DNA from: Lama glama
Taxonomy: Eukaryota
Length of the DNA stretch: 64,000 nt
Assembly: GCA_028534125.1 (NCBI GenBank)
Contig: CM052816.1
Location: 81,594,001-81,658,000 of the forward strand
Direction of reading: 5' to 3'
Part shown: piece by piece, positions 24,568 to 37,700 of the stretch
Position numbering within the stretch: the first letter of the stretch is position 1
Layout: every line of letters begins with the position of its first letter
The notes under the pieces: model-generated
Databases searched by the model: none
What the model saw: only the letters and a program-made list of their open reading frames with translations
Told to the model about the DNA's origin: nothing
Translations under genes and position numbers: made by a program

Positions 24568-27245
24568 CACCTGAGTACTGATTAAACACCTTCCAGAATC
24601 AAGCACCACCCAGGACACACAGAGGCATCTACATAGTCAGCCTACACATCTGTAAGCTGTGTGTCTACATTATCAGACCCCAAGAGGTGATGTAGAAAGA
24701 CTGACCCCAAGACCCTCCATCTGAGAAGCCCAACATGCTAAGAAGAGCTATGCTTATTAGAGAGAAGAAAGAGATGCAAGCACCTAAGAATGTTTATATA
24801 AATATCTGGGGAGTAAATTTACACGCACAAAACTTAGGAGATACATCAAACAAATAAGCCTTCTCATTTGCATTTTTCTTGAGACTCTAGATTAAAAAAG
24901 TCATATTAATTAAAATAGACAAGATTCATACTAAGGAACATGTATTATGTTAAAAAGACACATAAGATTTCCTTTATCACGTAGCAGCCATTGGAAAGTC
25001 ATGTACTTATAATGTAAAAAAAAAAACCCTGAATTTTAACAGATAATAAAAATTATACATTATATATCAAATTCAGTTTATGAAAATGTATAAAGCAAGC
25101 AGAAGAGTAATCTCCCAGCTTTTAAAAGAGGTAACTGTTTACACCTAAATCTTACATGTAACGTAAAAGATTTCGAAGATTTCCCCCATTCCCCTCAAGT
25201 TCAAGTATCTTTCTGGATGAGACGGAAGGAATAAAAGAAAAGGTCTGAGAAATGAGCAGATGTAGGCAAATTGAGGAAGAGGCACTGGGAAAACAAATTA
25301 ATCTTGATATATAAAACCAAGATAAATTTGGTGAATTCCTACCACAATGTCAGGGATTGGCAGGTCTCCAGGTTTAAGTTAGGAATTAAAGGCAAGAACA
25401 GAACCCTGAGCGTGATTTTAGAGAGTCTCTAGAAGGACATCTTTCTCGACACCAAATTGGGACATCACCTCATACACAGCGCAAAGAAGCCTCTTGGAGA
25501 CGCGCCAGGGATCGGGCACAGAAGGAGACATGCAAGTAGAACCCATCCAGGGAGAAGCCTCAGGGCCTTCCCTCCGCTTGGCTTGAAACCTTTATGGAAA
25601 GAATCTGTCTCCAGACGGTAAACAGTCATTACTGGAGACGGAGTTACATTCCTGGTTCTTGCTGGTTACACTACCTGACCCAGGCTCCCAGAGAAGGGTA
25701 TTCCTCGGTTTGCAAGCCATTGCCTCCCCCGGTGCCCATGACGTGGGTGGCTTATTACACAGTGGCTGAGTCTCAAACCATCAGAAAGGCTGACTGAGAA
25801 GCTCACACCAAGGGAGGGAGACAATCCCAACCGACTGTTTCTGGACCTACGAGGTTTCCTCCTCCCCCTCCCCACTCCAGTTTTCCAGCACAGCCCCAGA
25901 CTTGCATACACTCTCAGAAGACTCACAGAAGGAAAGGGACCTGCCCGAGGCTGCTCAACTCATGACAGGCAAGGCTGCGACTTCACATGCAGTCTCTGGA
26001 TTCCCAGCTTCATGTATTACCATGATATTTCCCTCCTCCAACCGAAGATGCTTTTCAATTAAGTTAATACTCCGGATGATCAATACTGTGCCACAGAGTT
26101 TTTCACCTCAAATTTTTTGCATTTAATTTTCACAGCAAACATGACAGATGAGGAAATAAGACTGAGACCCTAAAGTAACACCCTTGTTTAGAACACATAT
26201 CCAGGATCTAGGGTAGATTGTATGTGACGAGAGTACAAAACAAGTGGTGTAGCTTTACACGCACTAGGTCGAATCTGAAAATGTTTATGATGCAAACACA
26301 AATGCTGTGAACTCTTCTTGCTTTTCAGAATCTGAAGGAGGTGGTTTAGAGGAAAGAACCACAGCCTTAAGAAACAGGGTTTTCTTTTTTTTAAATCCTT
26401 AAATGTACCAAAGAAGGAAGTGAGATTTGGATTCTATGATCTATAAAATACCAAAAGAAATTTTATGCTAAACATGGTGTATATTATATAACTACTGAAA
26501 GCCTGTAGCTAAAAGCTAAAATCAATCAGAATGACCCAGAGATATCTCATAGGGTTGCAGAAGACACACGGATGAGCTCAAGGCAGAGGTGAAATCTTAT
26601 TTCACAACCCCCTGTTAGCATAAGGTTCTGGATTTAAATGAAACCATTTCCTCTTATAACAAAACAAAACAAAACAAAAACCAGTCTGTTATGGTTTTAG
26701 GTAGCCTGTAACTCAATGAACAGGAAGTAGGTTGCTTAGATACATTAGTTCCAGATATTTCAGGAAGTAGCAACACACAAAGTACAATTTTGATAACAAT
26801 GAACCTCTCTTTAGTCTTATGACTATTGCCTGAAAATGTCCACACTCTAAGAAAGTCCCTTGGCTGTACTTTTTTTCCCCCCAGATGCACAGAACAAATC
26901 AAACTGTTCTGGAAATGATGCCATTTTAGTTATTCTCAAATGAAATGTTCAAAAAGTTCTGGAAGGCATTTGGCTCAGAGAACCAGTTGATACAATCTAT
27001 TATTTATCAGCAGTTTCTCATTCACGTGTCATATAACAATGTCATTATATTAATGGAATCTAATATAATTTGCCAATTTCCTAGTTAGAGCCTCTCTTTG
27101 CACAGTTTCCCATACCTGTAACCTAGGAGATTGTCTCTCAGTGGAGAAGAAACTCTAGCTTCTGGTTTTACAGGGAGGTGGTAGGGCAGCATGGTCAAGA
27201 ATCCAGCTGTCTGGGCACAAGTCCTGACTGCACTATTTATTAACA

Positions 27246-27745
27246 NNNNNNNNNNNNNNNNNNNNNNNNNNNNNNNNNNNNNNNNNNNNNNNNNNNNNNN
27301 NNNNNNNNNNNNNNNNNNNNNNNNNNNNNNNNNNNNNNNNNNNNNNNNNNNNNNNNNNNNNNNNNNNNNNNNNNNNNNNNNNNNNNNNNNNNNNNNNNNN
27401 NNNNNNNNNNNNNNNNNNNNNNNNNNNNNNNNNNNNNNNNNNNNNNNNNNNNNNNNNNNNNNNNNNNNNNNNNNNNNNNNNNNNNNNNNNNNNNNNNNNN
27501 NNNNNNNNNNNNNNNNNNNNNNNNNNNNNNNNNNNNNNNNNNNNNNNNNNNNNNNNNNNNNNNNNNNNNNNNNNNNNNNNNNNNNNNNNNNNNNNNNNNN
27601 NNNNNNNNNNNNNNNNNNNNNNNNNNNNNNNNNNNNNNNNNNNNNNNNNNNNNNNNNNNNNNNNNNNNNNNNNNNNNNNNNNNNNNNNNNNNNNNNNNNN
27701 NNNNNNNNNNNNNNNNNNNNNNNNNNNNNNNNNNNNNNNNNNNNN
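27246..27745. other. Assembly gap (exactly 500 N)
   Basis: Run of N; the round length suggests a scaffolding placeholder. Confidence 0.99.
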
Positions 27746-29916
27746 TCCATCAGCCAAAGAATATGGGAGCATTGTTATCATCAGGCTGCTGTCCATTCAG
27801 AATACAGGTATTTTAGCCAGCAACTGCAGAAAACCTCTGTCACACTCTCTGTATGAACTATTAGCACATGAAGTGTAATGCAAAGTATAGTGCAATTTAC
27901 ATGTTCCACAGGTAGTGACATGTACTGTGCCTGTAACATATTAACAGAGCACTGATATCAGAGGCAGTTCTTTGATTATGTAAAATAGGGATGATAGTAT
28001 TTATTTTTAAAGGGTTAAAATTACCTTGTAATTACCTTGTAGGATTATCACGAGGATTAAATAAGAATGCACTGCAGAGTATGAGTAGAGCACCTCAGGT
28101 GTATCACAGGGGCGTAGTGAAGGTTTAGCTGAAAATTTTAAAAACCCCTCAAGCTTTCTCCCCCCAGGTCTCAGGATACTTCTGGGTTTGATGGTTACAT
28201 CGACCATGATTACAGCTCTAGACTATAGAGAGGTACATTTAAAGGCAGCGGTCTTCATGAATGAATAAAACCAAACAAATGGGCACCCAAGGAGAATATG
28301 CCACTTTCTTGGATTCAAGATGAGAAAAAAGCTCCATGAAATTACTGCACACCTAACAGCTAAGAAGGCAGTTTTGAAGGCATGTGCCTGGGGGACTTCG
28401 GTTTCAGAAATCAGGTTTGCACAGGACACCACAGAGGATTTGAGAACACACTCTGGTCTTAGAACAGGAGCAATGGAAGAAAAAAAAAAAGAATACGTGA
28501 TTATTATCGAGAGGGAGAGAGCCACTTCCTTGTAAGAAAGGATGAGATGTTAGCCGACAGACTGGACAGACATCAAGGGGAGATGAGACGGTGGAGTCCA
28601 GGACAGCATGATGGGTAAGGGAAAAACACGTGCCAGCTCCTAACGATGACTCTTCAACTGGGCATCACAAAAGTGGGAGGTACAGTTATTCCTAGATTTG
28701 AGGGAGTGACTGGGACCTAAGGAAATCTAACTGAGGAAGAGAGGCAAAACCACAGAGAACAGAATGCAGCGACACCCCCCCCCCCACCATGGGGATCCCA
28801 GGACCGGAAAACAATAAGAGATGTGATTTATAAAGTGCAGATGCAGGGCCTGAGCAAGAGGCTTTGGAACAGCTATACCAACAGGGCTCAGGAAGTCTGG
28901 AGTCTGGACACATTCAAGGGTGAGGGGTGAGGAAGATCAGGGAGAGTGAACAAATTCCTGGGTAAATTTTAAAGGGCAAAAGATTTTTGTTGTTGTTGTT
29001 TGCCCCAACAAGAGTGGCCTGGGAGATAAATGAAATTAGGACTATATGAAAGCAAACAGACATCCCAGAGGGGAGCCGGGCCGGACGGTAATAAGCCAGA
29101 ACTTGACGCTGTTCTGGTGGGAGGACATTTCCTGGGTGGAATTAGCCAGCTCTGAGGTGGTGGCGGTCAAGGTGCAGCAGAACAATAGCGGCATTAGTAA
29201 ACAGAGGCCTCTCGGATTCCAGCTCTTTCACAGTGATGGGCCCCACATGACAGAATCTAGAATTGTACTTAAGGAAAAAAAAAAAAAAAAAGGCACACAG
29301 ATTTAGCAAGCCAGGCCATGAAAAAAGAAAGCAGTCTTTCACTGAAAGAAGAAAAGTTAAAGAGAAACTTCAGTGAGTCCAAAAGAAGACAGATATGAAG
29401 CACTGGAGGCATAGCCAATTACTGCCTCCTCCAAAAGATCAACAATAAACGTAGCCGAAGGCAGTGCTACTCCTGGAATATTCAAAACTCAGGGAAAGAC
29501 AAATCTCGAGAAGCAGGTGGCAGAGGCATTAGCCCTTACCAGCTCATTACGGACATAAGCTTCAGAATCGCCAACAGCCGGTCTGGTTCATGAATCTGCA
29601 GAGGGTGTTTTTCCAACTGAATACATGCGGGAGGAGAGATGCAGCTTCCTCCAGGCTAAGCACGTCTATGCCAAGAGGCATGGAGATGGAAGAGGTGGCC
29701 CACGACTGAAAATGCCTGCTCCTGGGAACTGGAAGCCCCGTCAGAGGCACAGTCCACACCCAGCGCAGTCCATCAAGGAGGAGGAGGCTTTCAACTCAAA
29801 GTGCAAATGCAAATCAAGAAGCTTCTGAATATAAATGAAAAGCACTTTAAGTAGGACCAGGTTGATTTCCCACACCCAGACTGGGAGCTAGATTGCTGCC
29901 AGTGGGTTTAAGTTCC

Positions 29917-30549
29917 TGTTCATAGACTCCAAACAATGGCCATTGACTGATGGACATCCTCAGCTCTCCTTTACTAACTGTTACTAAGTCTCTGCTATAG
30001 CTTTGGGAGGCCGTTCTCCTTGAGGCTCTCCCATTTCTGTGTAGCTTGTGGACAGAGGCATAAGCTGTTTTTACTCTGGATTATCTTTCTTTTCAAGGAT
30101 GTTTGTTGGGTGAATAGCCTTGAAAGTTTAGAGATAATGGTCTCAGAAGGAAGGGGCTGGTTTGTTTACTGCCCAGTTTACTAAAGAAAATGTCTCTTTC
30201 TGGAGAAAAGGGCAGTCAGGTTTGCTTCCAGCCCATCACAAAAGGTTCAGGTTGCCTACACTCAGGGCTCCTGTTTGCCATGACGCAAATCCACTGTGTG
30301 TGCACCCACCTGAGCCTTCTGCATCACTCTCATGGGACTTGGCAGGGGGGACTGGAAATTATGCAAACATGAACCTCTAGACTGAGAGTGAATCCTCAGC
30401 TGGGATTAGAGAAAGCCACAGGCTATGTGCTGTGCTATGAGTAATAAAGTCATTTGTCGCTGACCCAGGAATCTCATGTCTTCTACCAGCATCCATGAAA
30501 CTGTAGTATAAAATCTCAGACTTTTTTTTTTTTTTAAAGTTCTTGATGT
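29917..30549 (+). mobile_element. Ancient ERV1-class solo LTR (MER67-like)
   Basis: 3' end aataaagtcatttgtcgctgacccaggaatctcatgtcttctaccagcatccatgaaactgt resembles a recalled consensus; ends approximate. Confidence 0.65.
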
Positions 30550-32943
30550 GGTCTTTGGCAACACTGAAAAAGGTCCTGGAAACAAAATTTTCCCTGGTCC
30601 AGGTGCTAGGGATTGGCTCATTTTTCAAAATGCCAAGGATGTGGGGCCAAAGACTTGAGACCACTGTGGGTCCATTTACTCTGTCTATTAGCATTTCATT
30701 AAAAAAAAAAAAAGTAAAGCACACAGAGACATGTTGTTGAACAAATTCAACTTTCTTGGAGCAAAAAGATCCATATTTGTCCCAGCAGAAAACACCCTAG
30801 TCTGCAGACACTGAATACACCCATCTCTCCCCAGCACCCAGCATCAAGAATCTCCTTTGCTAAGACGGAACAAAGTAAGAAATTGGAGAGATCAAAGGAG
30901 GCCACTAAGTACTTTGGTTTTTAACTCAAAGGGCCGAGGAAATTTAAGTTTGGATGTTAATGATTTTAGATGTTAACATCTTTGGATTATAACTTGCAAG
31001 GGGATTTCAATTTGCTGGCATTTTAATTATCTGAATATCATTATTACGCTGGCATTTTATCTCACGGCAGAACCTCTGAAAAACTGCACTGGACAATGTG
31101 GCTAGAAATAATTTTGGATGAGAAACAGCATAGGGATTGAGTTTTAGCTTCTGGCAAATTTTAGTCTTCTGGAGGTGGGGAACAAACCATCATTACCCAT
31201 GAGACAGGCCCCTTGGGTCCAAATGAAAAGCCTGGTACTTGGAAATGTCCTATAAATGCTGTCCAAAGCATTTAGGAGACCTCCTTGAACACACTGTGAC
31301 TAATACAATGTTTAACTCCGGGGCATCATCTGTCCTTCTCAGCTAACTCCTGAAGCCTTACAAACAAACCATGCAAAGCATGGCTTTTATCTCCAACTAT
31401 TTCCATTGAGCAAGCATATTTGATCCCAAGGAAAACTGCAGGAGGACTGGTTACAGCCAGTTCATGCCATGCTTTTACGGTTCCCAACACTTAAAAAAAA
31501 AATAATCTGCAGATGTGACAGAAGACAACCAAGCTCCAAATCCCCAGGAAGCTGTGTCTGTTCATCCCCCTGGTCAGTATTTAAGGACAGGGGAGCGTGG
31601 TGATTTCTCTTTCATGCTTCAGTCACACTGAGATTATTTTTAGGCTGCCAGAGGAAGTTCATTTTCCAGCTCTCTGGGGCAGATGTGAGTGACCAAAGGA
31701 GAACCAGATGGCCATCAGAGAGGCCAGCGCTGGGAATGAAATAACCATTCAGAAAAAGGGAATTGGAACAACAATAAATCAGCCTAAAGGCGCAGGAAGC
31801 CTGTGAGTTGACTGCAGAAATTAAAACACAGACCTACTGCTACACTAGACTCATTGCTTTCCAACACAGAGGCTAACTCAGGACTGAAGAGGAGAACAGT
31901 GAAACTGGAAAGTCAAATTCGCCAACCCCCAGCAGGCTCTGGTGCGCGCGGAGCGGCCGATGCAGCTGGGAGAAAAGCAGCAGCTGATGTCAACCGAGGC
32001 TCGCAGGCTGTGGCTTCGCAGACGACATAATATTGTCCTTGTTCTCTCTGAGCCCATTTCCGGTTTCCTCCCATTTATCATCCTCAGACAATGTGAATGG
32101 GCTTAACGCACTCCGTTGGCGATTATTTGGATGATTTTTATGCATACAGATCAAAGAAATCTCTTGGTCCCTTAGAAAGATGAGGCAAAGGAGTCACCTC
32201 TGAGGGCACAGAAATGTAATCAGTTATTGGCCCACGTGTTCCCCTCCTGTGGTGGGTTTGTATGTGTCCTCAAGGGATTCTCAGTTCTTCCAAGGGGGAA
32301 AAAAAAAAAAGAAAAAACCAAGAGATGTGGATGGCAAGAAGGAGAATCTGCACACGTCCCTCCTGGTACTGATTTCAAATTGAGGCAAGGTGAGTACAGA
32401 CACTCTTTACAAAGCAGGAAGCTTTCACTCGTGCCATGTTCCCACGACCTAGTGAGAAGACTGTGAGGTCTGGAGCTCTGCTTTGGGCTTGGGGGCTAGC
32501 TACAGAAGGCAGACCTTTGGGTCATTTTGCAGCAGGAGCTGGCTGGCTGCTCACCTCGGACATATCTCTTGGAGCAGCAAGGACTACGATAATGCTTTAT
32601 CCTAAATTCCAGAATGATAAACTCGAGGTGGTTGTGTATGTCTGTAGGAAAATCTCAAGCCATACAAAATGTAGACATGAGAGAGCTATCAACCAAGAAA
32701 GGCATGCAAAATGACCTAAGATGTAAACAGGAAGGCTGGCAAGAAAGAAAATAAGGGATAAACTATCTGAGCCACTGAGTCAAATCCAATTCAGCGATCA
32801 TGTAAACGGGCCAGATTCTTCCAGTGCCTTTTTTCTAGGAAAACATTTTAGAGGAAGTTTTACGTGATTCTATGACTTACTTTAATAGAAAAAGGTTGTT
32901 TTAACTGGACATACCATTTAGACAGGTTTTAGATGAGTAACTA

Positions 32944-33047
32944 GGGGGGTGGGTAGAGCTCGGTGGTAGAGTGTATGCTTAGCATGCGTGAGGCCCAGGG
33001 TTGAATTCCTAGTACCTCCATTAAATTACAAAAATAAAAAATAAAAA
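32944..33047 (+). mobile_element. tRNA-derived camelid SINE (Vic-1 type), short form
   Basis: Same tRNA-like head with poly(A); TSD gagtaact at 32935-32942 and 33048-33055. Confidence 0.88.
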
Positions 33048-33326
33048 GAGTAACTGGTTGTGTTGAGGACTTTGTGGTTAAGTCTTGGTTGGCTGCTAAG
33101 TCCCAGGCAGTACCCTAAGGTCTTCTGTCTTTTCCAGCTCAACATGAGCTGTACTCTGAATTCTTGTTTTCCAGGGGTGGTGTTGAGTTCATGCTGATTC
33201 AGTGATATGTATTTCTAAGGGCATATGCTTCCTGAAGAGTTGGACCGGAAAGCGGTGCTCTGAGGAGCCCACAGGGGAAGCAGTAACAGGAGAGGCAGTC
33301 CCAGGCTCACACATGATGTCCCACAG

Positions 33327-33538
33327 CAGGAGTCGGGCAAACTGCTGCCTGGAGGCCAGATCTGGCCCAACACCTGTTTCTGCAAAGTGTTACTGAACAC
33401 AGGCATGCCCGTTAGCTCACTTATTGCCTGTGACTGCTTCTGCACTACAAAGGCAGAGGTGAAGGGCTGCAACAGAAACTGTTCGGCCAGCAAAGCCTGA
33501 AATGTTTATGATCTGGCTTTTACAACTGCCGACCTCTC
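33327..33538. mobile_element. MER58A-like hAT-Charlie MITE
   Basis: caggagtcgggcaaact...gcctgaaatgtttatgatctggcttttac...tgccgacctc. Confidence 0.75.
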
Positions 33539-34211
33539 ATCTATAGGAATAATTCACACCCTAGCCCCACCCATCTCCCCACCTCCAGCCCTATGCAAAG
33601 TCATTGTGGACAGACTTGAGAATTTTTTTGAGGAAACATAACTTTAAGAGTTAGAGAGAAAGTACTGACAAGCAGAGACATCTTAAGGAAGCTGCTACCG
33701 GAGGCAAGGCTCACTGGTCTACCACGGGATTTCCTCTCAAAACATCTTTGTCAGCCAGGCTTTTGTGATTTTATTTTTAAATTTTGTTTTTAAGTGATCC
33801 TGATAAGAAACTCATTTGAAATGACAAGGATTCTCTTTTTAAAATGCACATCCTTTGCTAAGTGTCATAGGGTTATTGGCTACCATTTAAACTGCTTTAA
33901 TCGGATTGCTTTATTAACATTCCACTTAGAAGAAGTGGAAAGGGTTTGGTTTGTTTGTTTTTTCAGTCCTTGGTGGTGGTGGTGGGGAAGGAAGGGGAGA
34001 AAATGGCCTGCAGAAGAAGAAAGGAGAGGCTTCTTGGGGGGATGCGACCTCTTAGGGGACAGGGGAGACTATGGGTCCCTCAGTGGGAGAGTCCAGCACA
34101 GTGTGAGGACACTGGGCTCCAGGAAACCTGTGACAAGAGGGACCAGTAAGTGAGGAGGAGCGGATGCCAGGAGGCAGGAGGGTTCAAAGGTAAACAAAAC
34201 CCCACTCAAAA

Positions 34212-34754
34212 TGGTACCCCAAAAGGTAAAGACCCTGGTTCTTATCTTCCTGAGAGACAGGTTTACAGTCGGGAGATGGTGTGCTGTGTAGTACGAGATT
34301 TCAAGAGATTTATTTAGCAAAGGAAAAGTCCACCTCCAAGAACGGGAGGCGGGCTGATCCAAGGGAGGGAACGCTGCAGTTTCCGTCTCCCCTTTCTCTC
34401 CTACCCTCGCTTACAGGTGGTCTCCTGACTGATTGACGGCTCTCGTCCCTGGAATGCTGAGTCCTGTGTGGCCCCATGTGCATGGCCTTACCCATGGCGT
34501 CCACAGAAAAACCCATGGTGGGGCCTAAACCGCAGTGCTAATTATAATACAGTGAGCATCAGGTCATGTCTGCTTAAGTCCTTTCAGGTACCGCACCGTC
34601 ATGGCTGTCAGGTTCCAACTGGTTTCTTGCTGGCGCTCATTTAGAAAAAGTACAATCCCTTTATGCTGGAGGCGGGCATAACACCATCTTCCAGACCATC
34701 CTCCCTCTCCTCCACCTGGCTGCCGGGTGCCCCCACTTAGCTAACTATCTAAGA
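34212..34754 (-). mobile_element. ERV-type solo LTR, same sense as PDZD2
   Basis: Degenerate TG(g)TA...TAA(g)A ends flanked by aaaa on both sides; minus-strand AATAAA at 34309-34314. Confidence 0.65.
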
Positions 34755-37700
34755 AAAATACCACTTAGGATCAGCCTTGCCTTTAGGGAAAAAGCCGAAG
34801 AAACTTGGCTCTTCTCTACCGCCAAGGAGCCCTGCTGCAGACCCGGCGCTCCCGTCGGCAGGCTGGCCCCGCTCTCTCCCTCCACTGGCCAGTCTGCTGC
34901 TCCTGCCTTTCCATCCTCCCGGCCACCTCTCCTTCCATCCAGGCTCTGGTTACTTCTCAGCGGGGCTACAGCAAAGACCTCCACTTCCATCCCTCCCCCT
35001 CCGCCTTTCTTCAGTCCAGCTCTCCCTCTACCTCACTGCTTGAGGAATCTTCAAACAAAAACTCTGACCCTGTCACTCAACTTTAAAACCATCATTGGTA
35101 TATACTTGTAAAATAAATCAGAATTCCTTCATGTGGAACTAAAAGCACAGGCTGAACATTTGCACTTAATGGACTATTTGTTGATCCTTGAACAAGCCTT
35201 AAAAATTCCTCTTTGTGGACCACGTACATGCTATTTTTCCACTCCTGTGGGTGTTCCTGTGGAAATCCTACGGAATAGTCAAATGTCACCCCACCCACTA
35301 AGCGCTCCCTGGTCCCCGGAAGGAATGAGACATCCCTCCTCTAGGTCAATATAGCATATGGCTCCTAAGGGTTTATCATACAGAAGAGGGGAACATGAAA
35401 AGCACAGCAATAACAATCATTCCTTAGGGAATATAATAAATACTGTAAGAGAGGGAGACTGTCTGTATCCCCCAAAGCACCCAGCACGCCCCGCCCTCAG
35501 CGTGGAGATGGCGAGGACACGCTGCTGCAGTCCAGTGTCGGCTGGTACCACGACCTGGTTGTGGACGCTACACAGCCACGGTACCAACTTCTGAGGCTGG
35601 GTCTGGCGTCAGTGGGGAAAGTGTCATCCAGGAACAGAGCTGTCCGCTCTGGGAGCTGAAGAGTGGGGTGTGGTACCGCCCAGACTATCTGCTTGCCTCC
35701 GTTAGCTTAAAAGAGAATTCCACAAATATTTATTCAGTAAACATGCTTGTTTCTAGGGGAAATAAATTTGAATATCAGCTTTACCAACAAATTTCTGAAA
35801 ACATCTACCCCTTTATCAATCAGGAGGTGAACTTTCTGATTTTTTCAGTGCCAAAATGTGAGAAGCAGACACATGGAATTGGCAACCAGAGAAAGCAGAC
35901 GTGACAGAAGGCTGCGGGAACTGGAAAAGTCTCTGAGGGATGAGGGGCTTCAGCATCTCGACAGTTGGGCGTAGAGGGAAGGATATCTCGGGTGAAGGAG
36001 GAAGAGCAAGAACCGGAAGGGAGAGGCACGGCTTTCTCTTTTCTGCGAATGTCATTCACTGAGCTCCATCGAAAGAGCTAAGCAAGCAAAAGCAAGCAAA
36101 CAAACAGCAAACCAAAAGCTGGGCAAGCAAACACAGTAACAATAGAGGGCAGGTGGGGAGAATTCTTTTCATTTTAAATAGCTCCATTTCTTTGAGAAAT
36201 CTCTGCCCCAGATTCCACAGGGGAACTTCTGATCTCTCATATTTCACTTTGCTTTTATTTCCAGGCTCTCTATCACCATGTTACACACGATGAGGTGAAG
36301 AAGAAAACAAAAAAAACCCCAAAAAAACCCCCTAAACTCCAACTCTTCCACCGCTCATGAAGTCTTTAAAGTGAGGTGTGTGTTTTTTCTAGCATACATT
36401 GCCTATTTGTCTAATTCATCTTTGCACTGTCAAAGTGATTTTCCTAAAAAAAAAAACAAAACCCCAAACCCAGCACAATAACTGGAACTGAAATGAAGTG
36501 GGGGTATCCTGTTTCTCTTAAGAGAGTAAGAATCTGACTGTATATCAGCACCCTCTCCGTGTAAGGTCTCAAGACACATACATCTCAAGGATTTCTGTTA
36601 CCTGAAAGGCTTAGCGAAGCTCATGAACACATAAGATATGTTATGTACGGTGTACGTGCACAAACAAGCCACATCATCCTGCTTTTCCCTGCAAAACTGT
36701 CTGTGGCGGAAGAAATTTTCATTTGTTTTATTTCTGAACTGCCACCTTCCTTCCATCTTAACATATTCTACTTTACGTTTCAATGTGAGGACCACAGATA
36801 GAAATTCCCAGAGGACATGTGAAACTAAATTAATAGAGATGATATTTATACGAGGAAAATTCATCATAGAGGGCAGGGCTGAAAAGCATCTTGGAATACT
36901 GTAATGGAATACCCACGACCAGAACCAGCTTACTGGAAGTGACAAAGTCGCTTCTTGACCCTTATGGTGTTATTTTCATGGAAGATATTACTTTGAGAGC
37001 AAAGAAACTTTTTATTATATGTTCTAGTGGTCCATATTTTATTTTCACTGAAATTTGAAGGGATTTTTCAAATGCAAAAGATGATAATAAAGTTGACAGC
37101 ATTCTAAGGGGATTTCTTTAACTGTACATCGTACTACTCCATGCTGTGATGTCAGCCTGTGTAGACTGGGCAGCCATCAGGCATTCCCGACAGAGCTTCG
37201 TAAATTATAACCCTATGCTACTGTACTAATGTAAAAATACACCATAAAATGGAAAACAATTTAAAATGAGATAAAATCTATACACGTTCTCATGCCTTCC
37301 TCCCACACTCCAAGGGACCACCTGGATCCCCCCACCGACCCCTAGTGTGCTCACCCCACTCTGGAGACCACCACGCTTTGAGCCTGTAGATTACAGTATT
37401 TGCTTTTCTATGCAAATCACTTGAGCTGTTTACTTCCTTGAGAACCACAAACCACTTGGATGAAAATGCAGCACAAAGCCAGGTAACGAGTTGGAACAGG
37501 CCCCAGAAAATGTGTCACGGGAATAAGCCTGATTCAAACTTCAGCAGTTTTCTGGGCAATGCATCCAGGCCAAATAATTATTATCTTATTTACCCATCCC
37601 CCCATCTATTTAAATAATCACTTCATCTCCTTAAGTAGGGAACCAAACCAAACAAAAACCACCCCCAAATTTAAATCTTATTTTCTTAGACTAACGGTAA

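Noticed and set aside
25673..25926. Possible alternative first exon ending CAG|gtagtg in phase with exon 7
   Set aside because: GTG start, mediocre donor and no homology; unsupported without transcript data.
27085..27856. Long ORFs of 187-221 aa
   Set aside because: Artefacts of translating the N gap.
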